The notes below the pieces were generated by a model. That model was not told the origin of the DNA. It ran no database searches and saw only the letters and a list, made by a program, of their open reading frames with translations. Shown one piece after another: positions 37,947 to 47,167 of a DNA stretch of 64,000 nt (its first letter is position 1; the number at the start of each line of letters is the position of its first letter). The stretch lies in NCBI GenBank assembly GCA_002385625.1, contig DGDV01000047.1, positions 26,304 to 90,303 on the forward strand, written 5' to 3'. The stretch is from Firmicutes bacterium UBA3943 (lineage in GTDB: Bacteria; Bacillota; UBA4882; UBA10575; UBA3943). The position numbers were made by a program, and so were the translations under genes.

Positions 37947-38873
37947 TTAAGCCGATAAATTCCTTTGTTCCCACTTACTGAGGGAATTAATGTCATCATC
38001 GGTTTTTAAGGAGAAGATCTCCTCAACCATGGCGGCGTTTTGTTGGGTAATCTGGTTCAACTGGTCGATGGCAGTCTCAATTTGTTGTGAAGCCATGGCC
38101 TGTTCCTTCATGGTTGCCGCCACTTCCGCAATGACCTGCGAAGTCTGGACAGTGTTGGTCACCACTTGCCGCAGGGTATCCTCCGACTGCCGCACCAGAT
38201 TATTACCCCGTTCAACCCGTTCCACACTCTCCTTGATCAACTGCTCAATCTCCTTCGCCGATTCACTGGAACGGCGCGCCAGGTTCTTAATCTCTGTGGC
38301 CACAATGGCAAAGCCCTTGCCCTGTTCGCCGGCACGGGCGGCTTCAACGGCGGCGTTGATGGCCAGGAGGTTGGTCTGGGTAGCAATGTCATTGACCACT
38401 TCAATGATCTCCGCAATCTGTTTGCTGCTGGCGGAGATCTGCGCCATGGCATCAGTGATTTCATGAATGGATTTTTCACCGGCTTTAACCATCTCCAAGG
38501 TGGATTGGGCAATCTTCTTCGCCAGCTCCGTGTTTTCGGATGTTTGGTGAATTGAGGCATTGACCTGTTCAATGGTGGAAGCGATCTCCTCTAAAGTCAC
38601 GGCCTGTTCCTGGGTGCGCTTGGCCAAGTCTTGATTGCTTAGGTTTACCTCGAGCAACTTATCGGTGAAACCTACAATGGGATGGAGAATATTCCTGGCC
38701 AGGATGAAACAAGTAACAACAATGGCTACAGTGAGCACTTCCAGCAAGATCAGGATATATGTCTTGTTGGTCAAATAAAAGATGCCCACGGTCAGCAACA
38801 CCGGCAGCAGGCCAATGGCCAGAAGCATCATAAACATGCGCAGTTCCGCCGAGAAATTACTCCGCTTTCTCAT
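37947..38873 (-). CDS. Short methyl-accepting chemotaxis protein with no obvious sensor domain
   Basis: Start at MRKRSNF (38873). Two TM helices separated by only a few residues are followed directly by the signalling domain, with the highly conserved core [34 protein letters not shown]. Confidence 0.85.
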   Translation of the reverse strand: MRKRSNFSAELRMFMMLLAIGLLPVLLTVGIFYLTNKTYILILLEVLTVAIVVTCFILARNILHPIVGFTDKLLEVNLSNQDLAKRTQEQAVTLEEIASTIEQVNASIHQTSENTELAKKIAQSTLEMVKAGEKSIHEITDAMAQISASSKQIAEIIEVVNDIATQTNLLAINAAVEAARAGEQGKGFAIVATEIKNLARRSSESAKEIEQLIKESVERVERGNNLVRQSEDTLRQVVTNTVQTSQVIAEVAATMKEQAMASQQIETAIDQLNQITQQNAAMVEEIFSLKTDDDINSLSKWEQRNLSA

Positions 38874-40917
38874 GGAAGACTCCCCCTTTCGGTTCCTTCG
38901 AACCCTCAATGGTTTGCTGGATAATCCGCTGAGTATTAAGGACCAGCGCCATTTGGCCATCCCCCAGGAACGCCGCTCCCATGACCAAAGGCGGCAGATC
39001 CAAAGCCGGATTGATCTGTTTCAGGACCACCTTCTCCTGGCCTTCCAGACCATCCACCCAAATCCCCACGGTATAAAGGGAATTTTTCACGATGAGCATC
39101 GGCCGCTTCTTGGCCTGTTTTGTACTTTTGAGCTCCAGCAGGCTGTTCAGATCGGCCACGGGAATCTCCTCACCCATCACTTTATGGTAATAGACGCCGT
39201 TCTCTTCCCGGACCTCCTTCGGATCCACCAGCAAACTGCCCACCACATCATCCAGGGGAATACAGAAAATAGCTCCCCCGGCACTGACCAGGAAGGTTTG
39301 AATAATGGCTAAGGTCAACGGCACCTTCAGCCGGAAGGTGGTTCCCTGGCCAATAGCAGTTTCAATCTCAATATCTCCCTTTAAGGCACGGATACTATCT
39401 TGGACCACATCCATCCCCACACCACGCCCGGAGATCTCCGTAACCTGCTCGGCGGTGGAAAACCCCGGATGAAAGATGAGCCGCAGGGCCGCTTCCTTGC
39501 TCATGGGCTGATCCGGAGCCACCAGTCCCTTCTTCACCGCCTTTGCCCAGACCTTTTCGTGGTCGATTCCCCGGCCGTCATCACTGATGCTGATGATAAC
39601 CGCGTTCCCCGCCTCCCGGGCGCCCAGGGTAATCCGGCCTACCGGCGGTTTCCCCCTGGCCGCCCGTTCCTCCAGGCTCTCCAGCCCATGATCCACCGCA
39701 TTGCGCAACATGTGGGTCAAAGGGTTTACCAACTGATCGGCCATCCCCTTATCGATCTCAGTATCTTCACCGAAGAAAAACATCTCCGCCTGCTTCCCGC
39801 CTTTTTTGGCCGCATCCCGCAGGATCAGGGGAAACCTGGCAAACAACTGGCGGACCGGCACCATGCGCAGGCTCATGATATCCTTCTGGCATTGGTTGAC
39901 AATATGCTCCAGTTGCTGGATACCTTTACCAATTTGGTTCCAGGCTGACACTCCCCGGTTTCCCTGTTCATAGATCCCGGCCAGGCTGGATTTAAGTAGC
40001 AACAATTCCTGCACGTTATTAATCAACTGGTCGATCTTGGCAAAATCCACCCGGATACTGGTCTCTTTCGGCTGGGACTGACGCTCATTAACCGGGGCCT
40101 TCTTAGGAACCTGGATCGGTGGTCGCACCGCCCACTTGCGCAAAGTGATCACCATTGGATCATGGCCCTTGTAGGAACTGATCTCCTGCTCCATTTCGAA
40201 GGTCATCTTTCCTTCCACCAGCAAGACAACCTTGAGAATGCCAAAATTCCCGGCCTTTAGTCCTTCTGGATCGGGAATGCTTTTATAGACCTTTCCGTAC
40301 TTGCTTAAATCATTAATGAAGATTAGCGCCGTGGCTCCAGGCATGGTGGCATCCGCGGTAAACTCCGCCTGAATGCCGTAGACGTCCTTCCCGGCATCTT
40401 GCCACAGGCGAATCTCCTGGTTTTCCTGATCGGACAAGGTCAGGAGCAGCTCCTCCTGGGGCGCATCCTGGGCGGAATCTGCCGATGATGCGGCAGAAGA
40501 ATCAACTTTGGTGCCTCCTCCTTTGAACTCCTCCTTCCACCGGGCAATGTTCGCACTGTCACCCCAATCCTCCCCCTGAATATAACCGGTAACATCCTTA
40601 ATACAATCGATGATGCGCCCTAATGCGGCCGGTTCAAGGACATATTCGTTTTTGCGCACGCCATCAAAGCGACTTTCCATGGCATGCATCAATTCTTTGA
40701 GATCATCCAGTCCCATCATGCCGGAGGAGCCTTTGATATTATGGGCAATGCGGAACATCTCGTTGATGACCGCCGCCTGCCCTTCCGGTTGCTGTTCCAA
40801 CTCCAACAAGATTGCCAGCAGCCGGTCCAATTGATCCAGCGTCTCACTGCAAAAAACCTGGCTTAAAGATTCATCGATCATCATTGTTCCCGTTGCTCCC
40901 ATTGTCATCTCCTCCAA
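38857..40917 (-). CDS. cheA: Chemotaxis histidine kinase CheA
   Basis: Hpt [13 protein letters not shown]-box [13 protein letters not shown]1 DDGRGID, G2 GRGVGMDVV and a C-terminal CheW-like P5 domain. There is no receiver domain. Confidence 0.92.
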   Translation of the reverse strand: MEEMTMGATGTMMIDESLSQVFCSETLDQLDRLLAILLELEQQPEGQAAVINEMFRIAHNIKGSSGMMGLDDLKELMHAMESRFDGVRKNEYVLEPAALGRIIDCIKDVTGYIQGEDWGDSANIARWKEEFKGGGTKVDSSAASSADSAQDAPQEELLLTLSDQENQEIRLWQDAGKDVYGIQAEFTADATMPGATALIFINDLSKYGKVYKSIPDPEGLKAGNFGILKVVLLVEGKMTFEMEQEISSYKGHDPMVITLRKWAVRPPIQVPKKAPVNERQSQPKETSIRVDFAKIDQLINNVQELLLLKSSLAGIYEQGNRGVSAWNQIGKGIQQLEHIVNQCQKDIMSLRMVPVRQLFARFPLILRDAAKKGGKQAEMFFFGEDTEIDKGMADQLVNPLTHMLRNAVDHGLESLEERAARGKPPVGRITLGAREAGNAVIISISDDGRGIDHEKVWAKAVKKGLVAPDQPMSKEAALRLIFHPGFSTAEQVTEISGRGVGMDVVQDSIRALKGDIEIETAIGQGTTFRLKVPLTLAIIQTFLVSAGGAIFCIPLDDVVGSLLVDPKEVREENGVYYHKVMGEEIPVADLNSLLELKSTKQAKKRPMLIVKNSLYTVGIWVDGLEGQEKVVLKQINPALDLPPLVMGAAFLGDGQMALVLNTQRIIQQTIEGSKEPKGGVFHEKAE

Positions 40918-41127
40918 TGGGTTGAAGAATCATAATCTGCTTCCTCCGGTACGACATAACGACTCTTCCGCTTAATATTATGGTACACCAAACAACCATA
41001 AATTAACATCCGTCCAAACGCCCAAACCGCCTGGGACTTTAGACCTGTTCTCACCGGTACAAGGATAGGCCTTTGGTACTCCAGCCAAAAAAAATCCCCC
41101 CTTTATCAGAGAGGATATCTTTCGTCA

Positions 41128-41328
41128 TCAATAATCTTCATTGGAGGCACCCAGGATCACCGCGTCCCGCAGATTAATCTGGTGGCCGCAGACGGGGCAA
41201 GAGACCACCTCCGCCGCCCCTGCCGTCAGACCCACCCCAAACATGGCACCGCATTTGTCACATTTTACACTTTCCTCGGCATTATCCGCCTGGATTGGTT
41301 GGCTGAGTTCTCTCCGGTATTTCTTCAT
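41128..41328 (-). CDS. Small zinc-ribbon protein
   Basis: 66 aa with CDKCG...CPVCG (two CxxC pairs). RBS GGGAGG upstream. A wobble-containing hairpin plus T8 follows the stop. Confidence 0.5.
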   Translation of the reverse strand: MKKYRRELSQPIQADNAEESVKCDKCGAMFGVGLTAGAAEVVSCPVCGHQINLRDAVILGASNEDY

Positions 41329-41449
41329 CCCACGACCTCCCTTTCTTTTTCTTTAGTCTCCCCATAAAACAAACGACTAAAACCTTTCCCAAGAATTAGT
41401 GCCAGCGTAACCCGGCGAGCCGGACACACTAAAAACGGGAGGTGAGGTT

Positions 41450-41644
41450 GTGGGGCGCCGGCGCAGTATCGTTTCGGATAGGGTAAAGTACGAGATCGCC
41501 AAGGAACTCGGCTTTGCCGACAAGATCCAAAACGAGAACGGAGAGTACGACTACGGCAATATCACAACCCGCGAGGCGGGGTTGATTGTCCGCGGTTTGG
41601 TGCAGAAAGCCGAGGAGTTAATGACCCGCCAAAACCCCAATTAG
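41450..41644 (+). CDS. Small acid-soluble spore protein, alpha/beta type
   Basis: 64 aa. KYEIAKELGF and GNITTREAGLIVRGLVQKAEE match the two conserved alpha/beta SASP blocks. GTG start after GGGAGGTGA. Confidence 0.85.
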   Translation: MGRRRSIVSDRVKYEIAKELGFADKIQNENGEYDYGNITTREAGLIVRGLVQKAEELMTRQNPN

Positions 41645-41675
41645 GAGCAGCACTTGCTGCTCCTTCCATTTATTC
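41644..41675 (+). terminator. Intrinsic terminator after the SASP gene
   Basis: GGAGCAGC-actt-GCTGCTCC followed by a T-rich tract. Confidence 0.7.
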
Positions 41676-41781
41676 CATTATGGCTTTTAGCAGGGAATAT
41701 ACTCTTGGGCACGAATCATAAAGCCACAGGGGCCACCACAACACCCATCGCAGCCTTCATCGGAGAAACGGAGGAATCATC

Positions 41782-42981
41782 ATGTCCCACAAGTTCCTGG
41801 CTACCCTTTTTTCCCTTGGTTTTTTCTTAGCCCTCCCCGTTTTTGCCTCGCCCGTGGCGGCGGCAGAAGATTCCCTGTCTTCCCGGGTCGCCAACCTGGA
41901 AGCCGGTTGGGGCCATCTCAGCCTGGGCGGGGAATTCATCCTGCAAGGCGAGATCTACCACGGCAAACCCTTTAGTTCCGAGCTGGAGAACGGAAATCGG
42001 CTTATCCCCGGTGGACGGCAGGAACTCAAGCTCAAATTGGGCGCCCAGGTTTCCCCCCAGCTGAGCGGCCAGATCATCCTAGCCAACCAAGGCTTTTGGG
42101 GGGTCTCCCAACCCAGCGACGGCAATATTGATAAACCGCCGCTGATTGCTCCCTTCTTGATCGACGAGGCGGTGGCCCGGTACCAACGCCCCAATTTCCT
42201 GGGTGACTTTGGACGGTTCTACTTCACCCTTGACCCCATGGGCCTCATCGCCGACCACTCCTCATATCCAATCGAAGGTATTGCCCTCCAGACCAGCCTG
42301 GGTCATGTTTATCTCGGCGGATATTACTCCCGTCTCAGTTCATTCTATCAACCCGGCAACCTTCACATTACTGCAACCGATGATGAGCTGGCGCTGCGGA
42401 TTGCCTTGCCCCGGCCCAAGTATCTTTTGGGCCTGACTTGGGTACCGACGAGTCTGGCAAAGGATACTGCCCTTGCTGTCGACTTTTCCGGCTGGCTGGG
42501 CAAGATGGGTTTACAGACAAGCCTGGCCTGGTACAAGCCCAGTCCGGATAATTACGTGGAGTACACTCATGACGGTGCCTGGGGCTTCCTGGCCAACTTA
42601 GGGATCCTGGCGGAAGAGACCAGATCTCTGAATATGAAGATCGGATACTTCCAAGCCGGCTTCACCCCGACTTTTTCCCGTCTTGCCCATGCCGTGGTCG
42701 GCGACGGCGGAGAACCCTTCAGCCCCAACACCAAAGGCCTCGCCTTCACCTACCAGCAGGCCCTAACCGCAAAATGGAGCATAATCGGAGAAATCTCCTT
42801 TTTGTCACCGGTGGACGAGTCCATCATGACCGAAGCGGGCAAACAGACCATGGCCGACTGGCGTATTACCGCCGTGCGGCACATCTCGCCCAATGCCTAT
42901 CTGGAACTGGGCTATGACTCCGACGACACGGCCCTTGGCCGCTACGGCCGGATCTTCACCGGTCTCAACATGCGCTTTTAA
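41782..42981 (+). CDS. Secreted porin-like beta-barrel candidate
   Basis: 399 aa. RBS GGAGGA. Signal peptide MSHKFLATLFSLGFFLALPVFASPVAAA. Amphipathic alternating pattern throughout. The C-terminus GRIFTGLNMRF ends in Phe. Confidence 0.6.
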   Translation: MSHKFLATLFSLGFFLALPVFASPVAAAEDSLSSRVANLEAGWGHLSLGGEFILQGEIYHGKPFSSELENGNRLIPGGRQELKLKLGAQVSPQLSGQIILANQGFWGVSQPSDGNIDKPPLIAPFLIDEAVARYQRPNFLGDFGRFYFTLDPMGLIADHSSYPIEGIALQTSLGHVYLGGYYSRLSSFYQPGNLHITATDDELALRIALPRPKYLLGLTWVPTSLAKDTALAVDFSGWLGKMGLQTSLAWYKPSPDNYVEYTHDGAWGFLANLGILAEETRSLNMKIGYFQAGFTPTFSRLAHAVVGDGGEPFSPNTKGLAFTYQQALTAKWSIIGEISFLSPVDESIMTEAGKQTMADWRITAVRHISPNAYLELGYDSDDTALGRYGRIFTGLNMRF

Positions 42982-42992
42982 GGAGGAGAAGT

Positions 42993-43634
42993 ATGGGACA
43001 AGCAGTCAAATTGTCCACGGTTTTAGGAATTCTTCTGACATTATTGGCCACCATGCCAACAGCAGTTTTGGCCGCTGCCCCGCTAGCCGGCAAAAAATTT
43101 GTGGTCGATGCCGGCCACGGCGGTTGGGATCCCGGCGCCAAAGGCCCCACCGGCCTGACGGAGAAATCAGTCAACCTCCGGGTGGCCACCTCTCTTAGGA
43201 ACATCCTCACGGAATACGGCGGCGCCACCGTTAAACTGACCAGGACCGACGACCGCTTCCTGACCCTGAAGCAACGAGCGCAGATCGCCAATAACTGGGG
43301 GGCGGACCGTTTCATTTCCATCCACCACAACGGCTCCACCAACAAATGGGCCAACGGAACAGAAGTTTACTCCCACACCAGAAACAACAAGACCAGCAAT
43401 GACCTGCGCAATAAGGTCCAGGCCCGGCTAGTCAAGACCACCAAACTTCCAAACTTTGGCGCCAAAACCGCCAACTTCGCAGTGTTGCGCCAGACATGGA
43501 TGCCGGCTATTTTAACGGAGGCCTCATTCATCACCAACCCTTATGAGGAAGCCCGGCTCAAAAACCCAGAGTACGTCTGGCGCCAGGCCTACGCCATCTA
43601 CCAAGGCATCGTCGATCACATGGGTAAAAAATAA
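42993..43634 (+). CDS. N-acetylmuramoyl-L-alanine amidase (Amidase_3, CwlD-like size)
   Basis: Signal/anchor, then FVVDAGHGGWDPGAKG, FISIHHNG and LTEASFITN. Confidence 0.85.
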   Translation: MGQAVKLSTVLGILLTLLATMPTAVLAAAPLAGKKFVVDAGHGGWDPGAKGPTGLTEKSVNLRVATSLRNILTEYGGATVKLTRTDDRFLTLKQRAQIANNWGADRFISIHHNGSTNKWANGTEVYSHTRNNKTSNDLRNKVQARLVKTTKLPNFGAKTANFAVLRQTWMPAILTEASFITNPYEEARLKNPEYVWRQAYAIYQGIVDHMGKK

Positions 43635-43644
43635 GGTTGGCTTT

Positions 43645-43682
43645 GCAAAACCCCTTCCCCCCACGGGAGGGGTTTTGTTTTT
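43645..43682 (+). terminator. Intrinsic terminator after the amidase gene
   Basis: AAAACCCCTTCC-cccac-GGGAGGGGTTTT followed by GTTTTT. Confidence 0.8.
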
Positions 43683-43887
43683 AGAAACGTAAGAACCGGA
43701 CATGCTATTTTGGTGAACAAGTAGGATAAAATAATGATGGCAAAGTCTCAATTATCCAACTATTCACAAGGACTTTCATTAAGTTATTGTTAAGATGAAT
43801 TACCCGGGCAGGAAAACACACCTCTGACCGGAATCTAATTACCGGATAATAGAGACTAGTTAACAAAAAAATCCAGGGAGTGAGAGG

Positions 43888-45552
43888 ATGAAGGAGATCG
43901 CATTCGGTGTCCTAGGTGGCCTGGCCCTTTTTATTTATGGCATGAACCTAATGAGCGACGGGCTGAAGAAAGCCGCCGGGGAACGTTTACGAAAGATCCT
44001 GGAGAAACTAACCTCCAATCCGATCATGGGGGTACTTGTCGGTTTATTTGTAACGGCCGTAATTCAGAGCAGCAGCGCCACCACGGTGATGGTGGTCGGT
44101 TTCGTTACCGCTGGCTTAATGACCCTAACCCAAGCCATCGGAGTCATTATGGGCGCAAACATAGGGACCACAATAACCGCCCAGCTAATTGCCTTTAACA
44201 TCGGTGCTTACGCCTACTTAATCGCGGCCATCGGTTTTGTCCTGTTCTTTTTTGTTAAAAAAAGGAACCTCAAACACATCGGCCAAGTCATCTTCGGCTT
44301 CGGCGTCCTCTTTATCGGTCTGGAGATCATGTCCAGTGTCCTAAAACCCCTGGCGGAGAACCCTGTCTTCAGAGGCTGGATTGTTGATCTCGGGAAAAAC
44401 CCCATCGTTGGTGTACTAGTCGGTACGGTCATGACCTTTGTCATTCAGAGCAGCAGCGCCACCATCGGCGTCCTGCAGCGCATCGCCGAACAACCCATTG
44501 TGGTCGACGGTGTCATCAAGCCCCTCATCCCCTTAACCTCAGCCATCCCCATCCTGTTCGGCGATAATATCGGGACCACCATCACGGCCTGGCTGGCCAC
44601 CATCGGCTCCACCAACCGCAACGCCAAACGCACTGCCTTGGTCCACACCCTCTTTAATGTCTTTGGTACCATCATCGGCCTCGTTCTCTTCCAGTATTTC
44701 ATTCAATTTGTTCTCATGATCTCGCCAAAGGTCACTGCCAGCCTCACCGAGGCAAGTATCATCAAACGGCAGATTGCCAACGCACATACCTCATTCAATC
44801 TCTTAAACACCCTGATCTGGCTCCCCTTCACCGGTTTCTTAGCCTTTTTGGTGAAAAAGATCATCCCCGGCGAGGATACCTCCATCGAACGGGGAACGAA
44901 ATACCTGGACTACCATGTGTTGGATAATCCCGCCGTGGCCCTGGATTTGACCACGAAGGAACTCACCAGTATGGCCGTGGTCGCCCGGGATATGCTGGCG
45001 CAGGTTCGTGACAACTTTATCAGTGGCAACACCACCAACTCCACCCTCGTCAGTGAGACCGAGGAGAACCTGGACGAAATCCAACAGGAAGTTGTTCACT
45101 ACCTCTCCACCCTTGTCTCACAAGTCTCCTTGACCGAGGAAGACTCCAGGCGTCTGGCCGACTTGATGCATGTGGCCGGCGATATTGAACGTATCGGCGA
45201 CCACTGTGTAAATATCATTGAGCTCATTGACTACAACAATGACGAAAAGATTCGTTTCTCCGAGAACGCCTATGAAGAGATCCGGGAGGTCTTCAACCTG
45301 GCCTTGGAGATGCTGAATGACTGTATCAGCGCCCTGCCGCAGGACGGGTTCGCCGACGCCCACAAGGTCTTGGAGTTGGAACAAAGAATGGATATCTTGG
45401 AAAAACAGCTCCGGACCAACCACATCGAACGGCTCAACCAGGGCCTGTGCAGTCCAAAATCGGCCGTCAGCTTTGCCGAACTCATGAAGAATCTGGAGCG
45501 GATCGCCGACCACTGCAACAACATTGCCGAAGCGGTCCTGGACCGGGAATAG
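43888..45552 (+). CDS. Na+/phosphate cotransporter family protein with a PhoU-like C-terminal domain
   Basis: 554 aa. Duplicated VIQSSSATT / VIQSSSATIG motifs of the NptA family. The C-terminal helical repeats end in IERIGDHCVNI and LERIADHCNNI (PhoU-like). Confidence 0.88.
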   Translation: MKEIAFGVLGGLALFIYGMNLMSDGLKKAAGERLRKILEKLTSNPIMGVLVGLFVTAVIQSSSATTVMVVGFVTAGLMTLTQAIGVIMGANIGTTITAQLIAFNIGAYAYLIAAIGFVLFFFVKKRNLKHIGQVIFGFGVLFIGLEIMSSVLKPLAENPVFRGWIVDLGKNPIVGVLVGTVMTFVIQSSSATIGVLQRIAEQPIVVDGVIKPLIPLTSAIPILFGDNIGTTITAWLATIGSTNRNAKRTALVHTLFNVFGTIIGLVLFQYFIQFVLMISPKVTASLTEASIIKRQIANAHTSFNLLNTLIWLPFTGFLAFLVKKIIPGEDTSIERGTKYLDYHVLDNPAVALDLTTKELTSMAVVARDMLAQVRDNFISGNTTNSTLVSETEENLDEIQQEVVHYLSTLVSQVSLTEEDSRRLADLMHVAGDIERIGDHCVNIIELIDYNNDEKIRFSENAYEEIREVFNLALEMLNDCISALPQDGFADAHKVLELEQRMDILEKQLRTNHIERLNQGLCSPKSAVSFAELMKNLERIADHCNNIAEAVLDRE

Positions 45553-45564
45553 GTTTTCCCTGTA

Positions 45565-45609
45565 AAAAAGTGGATTGCCCCACATGGCAACCCACTTTTT
45601 TTGTTTTTC
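45565..45609 (+). terminator. Intrinsic terminator after the Na/Pi cotransporter gene
   Basis: AAGTGGATTGCC-ccacat-GGCAACCCACTT followed by TTTTTGTTTTT. Confidence 0.85.
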
Positions 45610-45713
45610 CCCACTTTACCCCAGGGATTTTTTTGCTCTATACAAAAGGCCTTCCATAGCTTATAATATCGGTGGTTTGCGAAGAATATCACGCAACCAA
45701 AGGATGTGATAAG

Positions 45714-47099
45714 ATGAATCATCGCTATGATGTCGGCATCATCGGCGGAGGCCCGGCGGCTATTTACGCCGCCTATGAATTAATGCAGCTCTGCCCGGAC
45801 GCCAAAGTGATCATGCTTGAAGCAGGCGATGCCATCTCCACCCGCCACTGCCCCATCGCGGATAAAAAGGTAAACAACTGCATCAAGTGCAAGACCTGCG
45901 GGATCATGCGGGGCTTTGGCGGCGCCGGGGCCTTCTCCGATGGCAAGTTTAACCTCACCACCGAATTTGGCGGTTGGCTCAATGAATATCTCCCCGATGA
46001 AGAGGTCATGGATCTGATCTATCATGTTGACAGGATCAATCTACAATATGGAGCCCCCACAGATCTGTTTACCACAGAAAACAGCTCCATCAGCCGGCTG
46101 GCCATTAAACACGATCTCCACCTATTACAGGCCAAAGTCCGGCATTTGGGGACGGAAAACAACCTTACCATCCTGAAGAATCTGTACGAAAATTTAAAAG
46201 ATAAGATCACCATGTGCTTCAACTGCCAGGTGCTGGCAATCCGCCCCGATCAGGATGGTTTTGTGCTTGAGACCGCTGCAGACCATGGTCCCGTCCAATG
46301 CGCTTATCTCATTGCCGCACCGGGCCGCGCCGGCTCCGAATGGTTTGCTAAACAGTGCCGGGAATTGAAACTACACCTCTATAACAATCAGGTGGATATT
46401 GGCGTCCGGGTCGAGATCCCCGCTGAAGTCCTGCAACACATCACCGATGAGGTGTATGAGGCAAAACTGGTCTACCGGACCAAGCAATACGGTGACCTTG
46501 TCCGTACCTTCTGCATGAACCCCAAGGGTTATGTGGTGGCGGAGAATACCGACGGGATCATCACCGTCAACGGCCATAGCTACCGGGATGCAAAATTGCA
46601 CAGTAAAAACACGAACTTTGCCCTTTTGGTCAGCAACAGGTTCACCGAACCCTTTAATGAGCCCCACCGTTACGGCAAACACATCGCCTCCCTCTCCAAT
46701 ATGCTGGGCGGCGGTGTTCTCCTTCAACGCTTCGGAGACCTGCGCAAAGGCCGCCGGACCAATGAACACCGCTTGGCCAAGAGTTTCACCAAACCCACCC
46801 TCAAGGCCACCCCTGGCGACCTGAGCCTGGTCCTGCCCAGACGACAGATGGAGGATATCATCGAAATGATCTGGGCCTTGGACAAGATCGCACCGGGCAT
46901 GGCCAATGATGATACCCTCCTTTACGGTGTGGAGGTCAAGTTCTACAGCGCCCGCCTGCGACTGAACAATGAGTTGGAGACGGAGATCCCCAATATGTTT
47001 GCCATCGGCGATGGTGCCGGTGTCACCCGCGGTCTCTCCCAGGCCTGCGCCAGCGGCATCTATGTGGCCAGAATTATCAACCAGCGGATGCATAAATAA
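45714..47099 (+). CDS. Uncharacterised FAD-dependent dehydrogenase (COG2509-like)
   Basis: MNHRYDVGIIGGGPAAIYAAYEL (GxGxxA dinucleotide fold), C-terminal FAIGDGAGVTRG. Start set at 45714 behind AAGGA. Confidence 0.7.
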   Translation: MNHRYDVGIIGGGPAAIYAAYELMQLCPDAKVIMLEAGDAISTRHCPIADKKVNNCIKCKTCGIMRGFGGAGAFSDGKFNLTTEFGGWLNEYLPDEEVMDLIYHVDRINLQYGAPTDLFTTENSSISRLAIKHDLHLLQAKVRHLGTENNLTILKNLYENLKDKITMCFNCQVLAIRPDQDGFVLETAADHGPVQCAYLIAAPGRAGSEWFAKQCRELKLHLYNNQVDIGVRVEIPAEVLQHITDEVYEAKLVYRTKQYGDLVRTFCMNPKGYVVAENTDGIITVNGHSYRDAKLHSKNTNFALLVSNRFTEPFNEPHRYGKHIASLSNMLGGGVLLQRFGDLRKGRRTNEHRLAKSFTKPTLKATPGDLSLVLPRRQMEDIIEMIWALDKIAPGMANDDTLLYGVEVKFYSARLRLNNELETEIPNMFAIGDGAGVTRGLSQACASGIYVARIINQRMHK

Positions 47100-47113
47100 G
47101 CAAAAATTAGCAC

Positions 47114-47150
47114 AAAGAAGCCCGGCTGTCAACCGGGCCTCTTTTTATTT
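47114..47150. terminator. Bidirectional terminator between the FAD protein gene and the glucan synthase gene
   Basis: GAAGCCCGG-ctgtcaa-CCGGGCCTC followed by TTTTTATTTT. Confidence 0.75.
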
Positions 47151-47167
47151 TACGAGTTTTTACAAGT

